The notes below the pieces were generated by a model. It saw only the letters and a program-made list of their open reading frames with translations. It was not told the DNA's origin and searched no databases. Below are positions 23,811-36,400 of a stretch of DNA of 64,000 nucleotides, in pieces (position 1 is the stretch's first letter; the number at the start of each line of letters is the position of its first letter). Both the position numbers and the translations under genes were made by a program. Origin of the DNA: Bugula neritina (taxonomy: Eukaryota > Animalia > Bryozoa); the NCBI GenBank assembly GCA_964035545.1, contig OZ037768.1, positions 13,277,675-13,341,674 of the forward strand. Direction: 5' to 3'.

Positions 23811-26800
23811 CTTGACTCGATTTAAGAAGACAACTCTAATGATGAATAAACTACGTTTATCCAATAGCAAGCATTTTTCACTGTCCAGTTTGTTATGACA
23901 ATTATGTTACAGTTTCCCGTTAGGCAAATAATTGCTAACATTAAAATATTCAAGTGCATTAAATAAACAATTATTTTAGAGTTTGCCAAAATATGGCATG
24001 GCTTGGCCAAAAATTCAATAAACCAGAACCGTGTGAAATAATTTTTATGCAAAATAGAAATATTTGTATACACTTTAATCACATGCGCGCACACACACAT
24101 GTATGTATCCGAAAATTGTCTGTTTTATCTATCAGCAGTTGCAGACTATAAGTCAATTTTTTTATTCTGCATGGCCATCAAATACAAAAATGGGCAGCAA
24201 AGTCAGGCCTATATAATATTATTCAAAAACAGGCAGATATATGACAGGAATTTTGTAACTCATAATGAACACAACATATCCAGCAACAATTATGATTGAA
24301 TGCTGATTTAACATATATCTGTTTTGATATAATTCACATGTAAATCAAATCTTAATTCATAATTTTCACTATGCATCATATTTGTGTGTTTGGCGACAAT
24401 TTATTACTAAAAATTGTAGAAAAAGTATTCTAAGAAAATGATCGCAGAAAATAAATTCTTTTGAGTAAAAGTTTTGAAATAAAAATTAACTTAGCGCAGT
24501 AAATCTACATGACTCAGTCAATGTACACATTTAAAATCCTTCATCAAGATGATATCTAGTATATGATATAAAACTTTATTTTATAAAAGTTTTTAGAGCA
24601 AGTGCCTAATTTTAGTGCAGAATTAGCCATGTGCTCAACACTTTCACTATGCATGATAATAACCTATACTTTAGGGTATAATTTAAACATTTCAATATAT
24701 ATTTATATGAGGAATAGAAATTAGTCATAAAATTGGCTAGTTGACATTTAACCTTCCAAAAACTTGAATAAACCTCGCCAACTGATAAAGTTGTTACAAT
24801 AATATAAAAATATAAATATATAAATAATGATAAACATTGGCAAATATAATAACTGACTTCCATATTAACTAAAAATCAAATTATTAAGCATGTAGCAGGA
24901 GCTACTATGCTACTTCCTGAGAGATAATTTTGAAGAATTTAGGTAGAACTTCACGAAATTTCAATGTTGCTTTAGCACTTTTTTTTTATGATAAATATAC
25001 AATTTATCACTTTATCATGTACCTACTGTTATAGTATAAAGCAGAGGTATAATACGGTGCTTTAAACTGTAGGAAAAACGCGTAAGGGGTCATCATCATA
25101 ATTATAGTATCTTGTTTGTATGGTTGAAAAAAGGATGCTCTTTTGCTATAGACACGAATATAGACATTTTCTCTATAGGCACTCACTTCGTGGTCAGAGC
25201 ATATTTAGAATTTTAATTGCGTTTGTTGACTTTGTGTTTTGTTGGATGGCATATACCACTTTTGATGTAAGAAATATGTAATTGCTATCCAACCGTGTAA
25301 TTTCATTGTCGAGCTACCAATTTCTGAAAGACCGTAGCATTATTGCAATAATGTACAGTGACGTATTTCCCGGGACCTCATGGTATTATGTATAACCTTT
25401 GAATGTCCTTTGCTTGTTGCACGCACTCCGAATTCAAGGTCTCAAAGATAAAAAATATTCAAAACTTTAGAAAAAGAGTTTAGTTGATCGTTTATGAACC
25501 ATGAGTGGCCAACGATGTAAAAAACTATGATAATTGATAATTAAAATTATTAATGGGAATAATACAGATACTAGTCTAGTACTTAATACTCTATTATAAA
25601 TACTAACTCAAAGTATGCATAATCACTAGGCTTACTCACCCACTTAGCCTTAGGATGAGAGTTAATGACCTTAACCAGAATCATTTTGATATTTACCTTT
25701 AAGTTTAAGAAACTGAAACTCTGATCATAATCATAATGATAATGATGATGATAATCACTTTATGATAATGATTATGATAATCTTGAAGTTTTACTTTTAG
25801 TTAGTGTTGTTAGTGTTGGTCAAATTTAAAAATAATTATAATCATTGAGGATTAGTCTCAGACTGAGACTCACCAGTTATTTACTTATTACCGATTCGGA
25901 TTAACTAATACTTATACTAATAATAATACTAATAGTAATAGTATAACTGGAAGTATAGCTGCATGTCAACAACTATAAGATAAAGATTAAGTATAACATT
26001 AAATTTAACTCATTGGTTTTAGACAGATTGTTACTGTTAGTGTTTCAATAACCATTACTTTACAGTTTGAGTTTACTGATGGTGATTACCATAAGGTTAA
26101 GCATACTGAGTCTGATAATGATGCTCATACTATTAGTATTAGTTATACTTTACTTGTAATAATAGTACTAAAAGTAATACAGCTACGCTATGGGCATGTT
26201 ATTTATTAATGAATTTCTCTCTCAGACTTGGTACGCACTAGCCACTAGAGCATGTAGCAAAAGGCCCACCTCTACATTTTTGGAGTACAGGTCAGAAAAT
26301 AGTTTTAGTGTGTTGCACAATTGCACATCTCACTCTGTTGCATTGACTAATTGCTCACTAAGTTGCTAGTTTTGCAAAAATGGTTGAGGGGTCTCTCCTG
26401 CATAATGCCTGAGTGCCTGTGCTTGTAGTATTTTCGGCCTTGGCAGTCATTAAATTTAATTTATTGTAAGATTTCTTTTAAGGATAAAGGATTTTCCTCA
26501 TTAAAGAGAAGTGTCAATAATAAATTATGGCTCAATTTGAAACGCCTGACAGTTCGAGTTTCAAAGCCTAATTTTACATGTGATGTAGTGATGCTGTCTC
26601 TTCCTTTAATTTGGCAATAAATCTTATGGCATTACTTTACACTAGTTATATTTCTCCGATGAAATTAGGATATTGTAAACTGGTGTTCCAAACTGCTAGC
26701 ATATTATAGATGTGGCCTACATATTGATATATATGCTTAATTTAGAATAATAATTTAATGCATTTAATATTATTTTATTAAATTTAATCCCATAACTATA

Positions 26801-27413
26801 ATTAATATTATTATAAAAATCAGAATGAATACCAATATGGTATTCATATTGATCGTCATAATTATATTATGATTATTAGAAAAATTGTGCCACATTGTCA
26901 TTGTGATCGTATCTGCTTTCACTTTTCAGAGATTCAGATTGACTCAATCAATGTTATTCATTCACCAACACTATGAGTTATTTATTTAGTATGAGTAACT
27001 CAGTATGACTATCCCTATGCTATTGTATTGAATTTGATGATCATGATAGCTATCAGTATCAGTTATTTAGACTGTTGGTGTAATTACATGTAGTATCTAA
27101 AATAATGTATTATATACTGTTGTTTTTTCCTCTGTAAAGGTTGCAGTGCCTGTTATGTTTAGCATTAGGCTAGGATTTTGTGCCAATTTTTATGAAATGC
27201 AGTATTTGGTATTAATGTACTTTGTTTTTAATCTCTATCTATTCTTGAAAAGCTCAATGGCAAACAAACATTTCTCTCCTTAAGTGAAGACTTTGTCAAC
27301 TCTTAGCAATCTAATATAAGGGTGACCTGCTACACGGTACTATTCTACTCTTGCTCAAAGTTCTGTAATGCTAATTATATAATTTCTTGTAGAAAAAGAC
27401 TCTTGGAGTTATT

Positions 27414-30400
27414 ATGAGGAATTTGGTATTGGTGGATGCTATTCTTAGCAAACTTGATGTATCTCTAACTAGTGAAACATCAGTGTGTTTTACAGTAGAT
27501 AGTGATAATGGCCATGCTTATATTAGTTTACACGAGAAAGTTGTTTTATGTGACATACAGTCTGGAAAGGTAAAGCTAAAATTTGAGTGTACCATTCATT
27601 TTTTGCTGTTGGAATGAATAAGCCCATGCATGCCAAAACTGTTGCTTTTTGCAATTTTTATTGTGATCTTATCTATGTACTCATAATTTTTTGATTGAAA
27701 ACTGGTATTTTATTTGATGTAGGCTCAATGTATATAAAACCAGTTTTTTATTTAGTTTGTACAATTTAAGTTTCGCAAGGTTTTGCAATGCCTAACTTCT
27801 ACAGTTCCAGTTTTGCTTTTCCTCTTAAAAATGCTAAGCACAAGTCATTTTAAAATAAGGGGAAAAATAATTCTCTTATCCGAATGTTTCCAATTTAAAT
27901 TTTTCAAGTAAGCTAATAAAGGTGACTCCAACATTTAAAATAAAATTTAAAAGCCTAATAGCCTGTTCATATATTCATGAAACGGTAAGCTGTAATGCTG
28001 TCCTTGCCATGTTCTATTTTTTCATTTGTAAACTCTGTTATGTGCATGGTGTGCACGGACAAAGTTGCATTAGATTTTGGTTCTAGTATATGCGTTGTGT
28101 TTCTCGTAGCATTTTCACCTTGGCAATTTCACAATAAAAATTGTGCAATTACAGCAATGCTCTTGTAATACAGCAGGAGAAGACAACTATTATTTGTTAA
28201 TGATTTTGCCTATATTATTGTCATTATTTGCCTATGTATTATTATTGCTTGCATATCTGTATTGCATTTTCTTCCTTGGTCTACGCATGCTCTAATTAGC
28301 CTAATAGAACTGTAGTGCAGCTCTTAACTATTTGGTAAAGGTCTGCATGCTGATGCAATGCCTTGGAGTGAGAAAGTTTCCCACTAGATTACAATTATTA
28401 ACATCCAACTCTGTACAACTTTTAACTGTAACTGACTTTCTACTTTTATAAACACTTCCCTTGAAGTGGCACTGGCTAATTTTTAACATGTTTCTACTAC
28501 AGATTCTTAAAACTCTTGATTTACGGTCAGAGGGACTTTTGAAAGAAGGTGATGCTGTAGTAGCTCTTCATTACAGACTGGATGACATGTCACTGTGTAT
28601 TGCTCTCTCTCACGGTGACATCATATCGTGGAATACTGGAGGACCTGTAATGGAGGTGAATCATTATTGTTGGTTGCCTTTGCTTACAGGGAATGAATAT
28701 TTTATGAAATTTAAATTTAGCCGTAGATTTTGTAATAAGCAACAAAAAAGACACAAAATGTTGGTTTTAAAATAATTATTTGTAATTTTGAAAGTTTTAT
28801 ATGATAACTTTATGCGGTATTCTAAATTTGTTTAAAGTTTATTTGTAACTTTTAAACAATGTTTACTGTGCGGCTGTGACTAGCATGTAGAAGCATGAGT
28901 TGGAAAGGTAACCGAGTTGAAGAGAAATCATAAGACCTCTTCACCGCTAAGTTGTGATGCCATACTGAGCAATCTGGTGTTTCAGGTGGAGGTAGTTGGT
29001 AGCATTGCCGAAGGTATAGCTGCAATGAGCTGGAGTCCAGACGGGGAGTTAGTTGTGCTGTTTACTGCACGCGCCTGTAATGAACCAGCCAGCATCTACC
29101 TTCTTGTGTGCCATGGATCTGAGCTGGAACCACTAACAGATTTCACCTTCTGCACTGATGCCTTTGGAGAAGGTAGTGATACAGTTGAAATGTGTTTTGT
29201 CTTTATATTTTCTGTAATGTCTACATATTTCAAGCTGCTGGGCCTCGCTCATATACAGTGCTGTGAAAAAGTTTAAGGACGCCTACCTCTTTTCCATAAT
29301 AGCAATGTTCCAAGCTAATTTTAAGACATAACTAAAGCATTTCCATAGACATGGTGCCTATCAAAATGATTCCTAAGATCTCCTTATCGCATTCATATAA
29401 ATATTAAGTGTCTCTTTTTACATCCTCCAAAAATTTGGGTGAAACAATGAGATACTATCCGTATTTGGGAATTATTCGATGCTCTCACAATTTGTGTGTA
29501 CTGTATGACATCAGAATATTTTACTTAAAATATAGAAAAATATTATATGTGATTTGTTATACACCTTATAGCAGCATTGCAACACACAGTGCACTCAATT
29601 TTAGTACCAATATTTTGTTGGCCAGCCTTTATTCTAAATCACAAGTAGGCAGTGACCAGGCATCGACTCGTACAGCGTCTTCAACTTGTCTTCAAACACA
29701 ACATGATGCCATGCATGATTTACAGGCTCTATGAGTGTCACCTTAGTTGTTGGCTTTTCTGAAAAGACTATTTTAGCCATTCTTGACCATAATTTGTTTA
29801 TAGGGTTCAAGTCAGGGCTTCGTGCCGGCCAGTTGAGCGTTGAGACCCTCTGCTTTTTCATCCACTCTTCAATAGTCTTCACCCGATGGCGTGGTGCATT
29901 GTCATCTTGAAATATGTAAATTTTATTTTAAAAAAAAGCTTTTCTTAATTGGAAGAAGTTTAGCATTGAGATTATCTATATATTTTTGGATATTAACATC
30001 ATTCCAGAGCAAATACTGAGTCAACCTGCACTTTTTGATGTTATACAACCCCAGAATGAAACACTGATTATAGGGTGCTTAATTGTTGTAAGTATACATT
30101 GACGGCTATATTTCTCATACTAGTATCTTTTAACACAACAGTTTCCAGCATGATTGTTCACATTAAATATGGATTCATCTGAAAAAATTACTTTTTTTCT
30201 AATCATTCACTGTCTAATTACCATGCTCCCTGGTCCACCGTAATCGGCTTTTTTGCTGCTTCTCGGTTGGTTGAGGCTTCCTCTTGCTTTGCGGCCATGT
30301 AAACCATGGCTCAGCAATCTTGCCTTATCAGGGATGTTGAAGCTGGTGTTCCTGTTGATTCTGACTATTCCTTGCCTACTCAAGACTTGTTTTATGGCAA

Positions 30401-33400
30401 TCTTTCTTGTTGATCCCAGTGAGAACCTTGTCATCTCTGGGTGTGCTTGTTTTTGGTCGGCCATCTGCTATACTACCAGTGTCCATAAACTTCTTGATAA
30501 TTTGATGTACAGTTGTCATTACTTTGCCAACCTTTTCAGATATTTCCCTAATTGAATAACCTTCTTTGTGCAAGAAAATTATTACAAACTTTGCTTCTGA
30601 AGGAAGATTCACAGCTCTCATTTAGTCTATGTGCGGCACCCAAGTGGACACCATGTAAAAGCTCACAACTAAATGACATATTTCAAATTATAAAAGGAAG
30701 TCATACTTTTTGATAACATGATGCCATGCACAAAGTCAAATTTCACTGTTTAGCCTTTTGTGGTTATAAAAGTCGATAAACTTTGGTTACATAAAAATAC
30801 AGGAGTTGCACTTCCCTAGCTGCTTGTGCAGTTGGCCCAAAAATGGGTGGAAAACATCACAACAGTAAGAAGTTATAAGGTGGAAATTGTAGAGCACATT
30901 CTGAAGGTCATTTTGATATATAGAACTTGCAGGAAAATATTAAGAACTTACAAGAAATGCCTATTAAACAAGATACATAGAAATTTCTGCAAGCGTTCTT
31001 AAACTTTTTCACAGCACTGTAGTTTACTTAATTAAATGATTTGAACTGTTGTTTTTTTTACACAGCTGAGTTTGTTACTGTCGGTTGGGGTAAAAAAGAA
31101 ACACAGTTTCACGGCTCAGAAGGAAAAGATGCTGCCACCAAAAAGGAAGTTATTCAACATGGTGTTCGGACCACAGATGATGGTAAACCGAGGATTAGGT
31201 CTGTTTGTTTGTTTGTGATTTTCATTGTGTTTTGATCAACAAATTAAAAACCCATAGACTTTTATATTTCATAATAATTTTCAAAATTCATTTCATTCCT
31301 TTTTTTGTTAGTTTGAAAAGATGTAGCTCATTTAAACACACCATTTGACTGGTGGAAAAAACAGCCGTAGATAAATGTTTGATGCAAAGCTATAGGCTGT
31401 TAATTGAGAATATTGAATGCACTGTTGCCTCGTCACACCTTTACATGTTCCCTACCGCACAGTTTAAATTTTCACATCTCAGCTTTTATGGTTTGCGTGC
31501 TTTTAGACAACTGCAATACAGATTTCTTGTACGCTACTGAAATAGTTACTTAAAATGCAGTTGATGTCACTGCGGTATACTAAACAGTCAAGTAAGTTTC
31601 TTGCAACAGACACCAACTTCAAGTTTTAATTATTTCATGTAGATGGATTGGAGATGGACGGTTCTTTGCTGTTTCTGCTGTTGACGATGCAGTTGGTGCT
31701 CGTAAGATTCGTGTTTGGACACGCGAGGGAGCTCTGCATTCCACCTCTGAATCACTCTCTGGTCTGGAACAGTGTCTGGATTGGAGGTAGTCTGGATCTT
31801 TCTGCACTGCTTTAGTCTGTAATTTTAAAACGATATGTTTGAAGCTTTTACTATCGGCTACAAGGTCAATTTTGAAATGTGCAGACAAAGAGGAAACAAT
31901 TCCAATTTCTGCTAATTATCGCACTACATTGAAACCCATTAATCTTTACTTTATCCTATTTATGTTACATTAGTATAGCAAAGTATTATCATTGAAAATT
32001 AGCAATCATTATACTTAACCAGATGGTTTTGCTAAGTTAAATGTCACTTTTTTGTTTCCATTTATTGCTCCTGCCCTGTATGGTACTGTAATAGCTTAAT
32101 AGTTTTTCACCATGCTGTGTACTTATCTTTTAGGCCCTCTGGAAACCTCATAACAAGCTCTATAATGCGTAAAAATAAGCACCAAATTGCATTCTTTGAG
32201 AGAAATGGACTGAGGCATGGAGAATTCACATTGCCAATTTCTATTGACACCGTAAAAGTATGAAATTTAGTTTTTCAATCAACATTTTCAACTAATTTCA
32301 GCAGCTTCTTGTAATTCCAGAAACATATCTTGTCAATCTAAATGTGGCAAGAGATCATTTGAAAATATAACTGCAGAAATTGTGTTGGTGACTTTGATAG
32401 GTAAGGGAGGTCCTGTGGAACACAGAGTCTAACATCCTCTGCCTTTGGCTTGAGGAACTGAACATGACTAAAACTCATGGTGAGGAGTGTTTCGGCCCTT
32501 TATATGCTTTAATAATTACGAATTACTTTATGTTTGCTCAACATACTAGTGAAGTGAAAGGTGTATATTCTTATTTAACTTGGGCTTTATACTTTTATTT
32601 TATAGTTTATTTTTAGCACTTGATTGCGATTGGCAGAAACATAATATGCTACAAAATTTAGTTTAGTTTTAGCATACGACTGCATAAGCGTCTGATACCA
32701 AATGTATCTGCTAAAACTAGTGCTTGTTAAAAACCGTAACTTTGCACTTACATCTGTAATTGTCTACTGATGAATACTCTCCAATACCTTACTATTGGTG
32801 TAAATGTAGCATAGATGACAACTTCCTATATACCAGCAATGGGTTATGGAGGCCACCCCAAGCTATGTTGGTGCATAGCTTAGGACCTCTGTGTTTCTGA
32901 AATCAAGTTGGTGTCTCTTACCCAACACCTCTGCCCTTTTACTTCCTCACCTTTGTCCGCCATTTCCTGATCGGGTGGCCGGCTTTTGCCTAACCCCCAG
33001 GTGAACCAAACTTTTCCATCTCACTTGTTCACTTGTGTCACTTTGCTCTAGATCTAGCCAGTGGAGGTCAGCTTTGATTGTGTTGCTCCACCGTTGCTTC
33101 GGCCGACCACGCCCTCTGCTTCCCTCTACCCTCATTTCATATACTCTCCTGATATCCTCATCTCTCTCGCGTCGACAAACATGGCCTCACCATTCCAGCC
33201 TCTTTTGTCGCAAGACATTTCTGATTGATATAATATTTGCTTCTGTTGTTATCTCCTCATTTCTTTTGTGATCTTCTAAACTAATCCCTAGGCCGTACCT
33301 TAACGTGCGCATCTCACAGGAGCTAACTTGTGCATGTTAAAGTAAGTTTAGAAGATCACAAAAGAAATGAGGAGATAACAACAGAAGCTCTGCCCTTTAA

Positions 33401-36400
33401 CTATATTTTTTATATTTTACTTTTGAGATTGAAACTACTCATAGCTTACGTTCACTCCAAAATTTGATTTTTTTTTTATGTATTGGTCAATGCACATATC
33501 CCTGTTTACTATTGCGCCGTGTTATATTGGTCTCCTGACCTGTTTCACTGATACTGCATTGTGTAGTTTTTGAAAATATTATTTTTATCATTAGAGCAAA
33601 GCGGGTCTGTCGAATTATTCTGTTGAATTTTTGAATAATTTAATTAAAGTTTAATGTCACATAGTCATGTTTGGTTTTAGTTCAGTTATGGACAACGAAA
33701 AACTATCACTGGTATCTGAAGCAAGCCTTAGAATTCCACACTGAGGACACTAAACCCCAGCACATTTCTTGGGACCAGCTAGATGCCACCATCCTGTATC
33801 TTTTTACTTCTAGTGGAACATTAACTAAGTTCACTTTTGACTGGATTACACATGCCAACACCTATTCTGGCTGTGACCATGAAGTAGCGGTTGTTGATGG
33901 CAGTAAGCAAGAACTTACATTAAATTAATCAATTCTTAGAAGTAGCTCTAGCCTTTAGCGGTTTCATGGAATATACACACATTAGATTTACATAACACAT
34001 GTTGAGAGAGCTGGACTATTGCCATTATAAATGCATGGCTAATTACATAAGATGTTCAAATATTTCAAATGTTAGTTTTCAAAGATCCAGCATAGACTTG
34101 TTATTTCTGTCAACAGATGAGATTGTCTTCATTGCTTGGTGGTGACACTCAAACCAACGTCATATTTCTAGTAGGAGAAAAGGAAATATGCATTTCATCA
34201 ATTTTCTTGAAGCTCGACACGTGTCATTTTTGCTGTAGAGAAACTGCTGATGACACCTTTCCGAGTGATGACGGTGCCTCCTCCAATGTGTGCATACTCT
34301 CTGGAATTCACATCTCCCGTCTCCTCTCTTAGCTTCTGTCGATCCGAGAATAAGATGGCGGTATTGTTAAATAATGGCGATGTTGCAACATACATATTCG
34401 ACAATAAGTTTGGTACAAACTTCGTAATTTATTATCATGTTATGTTTTTTGCTAATTCATTAACTTTTCGTCATTGATATGGAACATTGCCAGAATTGAG
34501 CATAGAATCCTGGTGAATATCGGCTGCATGTGAATTCTTGGGTTGAACTCATATTTTCTTGTTTCCTTGTCTAGTGCATCAATTAATTCTGTTTGTTTTT
34601 AACAATTTATTGCTGTATATTATGAAGCATGAAAAATTTAATGTTTCACTAGCATTGCCCAACTCTGTATATACGCCTATCTGTGTATGAGTAATTAGCA
34701 AGCATGTTGTAAACTGTTGCTTCAAGCTGAAACTGCTTTAATTTTGTTGTATCAGATTGTCGTCTGAGTCACGCTGTGCTGCAGGTTTCGTAAAAGCACC
34801 ATTGATGTCTTCAGCAGATCTTTGAATTTCATCAATTTTAGTTTTAATTATTTGATGTACAGCTTTCTCAGGCTAGAGTTTGTGCGTCACCTGTTTACCT
34901 GTTGTGGCGCTAATGTTGTGTGTGGACTTTGTGTTTATTGCAAGTAGCCTCTGACGCAACTGTGACTTATAGTTGCATGTATATCACAAGTTGTCTTCTC
35001 ATACTTTTTAGAAAAACAACTTCTATAAGATTATGTTGCTCAATGTAGTACTTCATTGTTAGATTTGCAAAGTGATGAACTTCAAAAAGGTGTGACTGTA
35101 CAAGCTGCAGGTGGCACAGGCTTTAAAATAAACTCTTCTCTGCCCAAGTTGTCTGCAACCTTCAAGTTGTAAGTATTGTAGATTAGAGCTGGTTTTAGTA
35201 TTTACTAATATACATCATTGATTTTCAAATTGGTATAACAATTTTACTTTTGCTGGCATAGATATTTTTTGAACTTTTCAAGTTATTGAAAGAAATTTCA
35301 ATATCACTTTCACCAAGTTCTGCTAAATGTTTAAGAAACACTCCTTATCCCCTAGAACTAGCATAATTCAATGAGTACTAAAAGTTGAAAAGTGTTGACC
35401 CATTTTTAATGAGTTATAATTGTTACTAATTTGATAAGTGGAACAGCTTCCTGGTAGTTGAAACTAGAATTTACATTCACACTAATGACTACAGTAATGG
35501 TAGTTGCAGAATCTTTACACCCATCTATTGCAATATGGCAGTGATAGTAGCATATGTGATATAATCTACTCAAAGTATTTTACAATTCTTTGCACCAGCT
35601 ATTTTATCATAAAATTCAGTAACTAGATATATGTGATGTAGGGTTGTTGAAACCTGAACATTTACAATATCTGGCAAGTTTGGAATTTGAACACAAGTTA
35701 TTCGACACACATTTATCATAGTTTGTTAAAATATCAATGTTTCGTAATTAAGATAAAAGCATTTCAAAAAAGCCCTTTCAAGTTTTAAAAAGTGTATGAA
35801 GTAGGGGCCATTTGTGGCAGACATAAGAGTTACTGGATAAATATTAATACTTGGCAATACTACTTGAAATTGAGTGGTTGTTTAAACAGTGTCTACTGTA
35901 GCTATAATAATATCCGTGTCTATGACAACATATACCGACTGCAACCCTATATAGTGGGACTAGGAGCTCTCATATTTGATTAGTGTAGCGAGACCAATAT
36001 TTTGTGATATATGATGTTTATTTTATCTTGTTGATTGATGGCTCTATTTAAAGCTGCTATTGATCCTGCTGTCAAAAATAGGAAATTTTTTAGACTAATT
36101 TATTTTAATTTTATACACTGACTGATTCAACCATCAGACATCAGCTAACCTAACGTAAAGGTTGTTGCACTGAGACTAAACTCTTTGATACTTGCCACTT
36201 TTTGGTGATGCAATTGTCTGCCAAAATTAATTGAAGCCAGGCCCAATATTTGTTATAATAAAATCTATTTACTCTTTTATAACTCAGACCCGTCTGGTAT
36301 TGATGCCAAGGGGTGAAGGTGAAATTAATGTCAGTTTTAATTTACTGTTCATAGCCAGCGGAAAGCCGGAATTTTCCTAGAATCTTGCAGGCTCATAGTG

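Noticed and set aside
36345-36382. Helitron 3' end (GC hairpin + CTAG)
   Set aside because: Hairpin is imperfect and no 5' end or other support was found.
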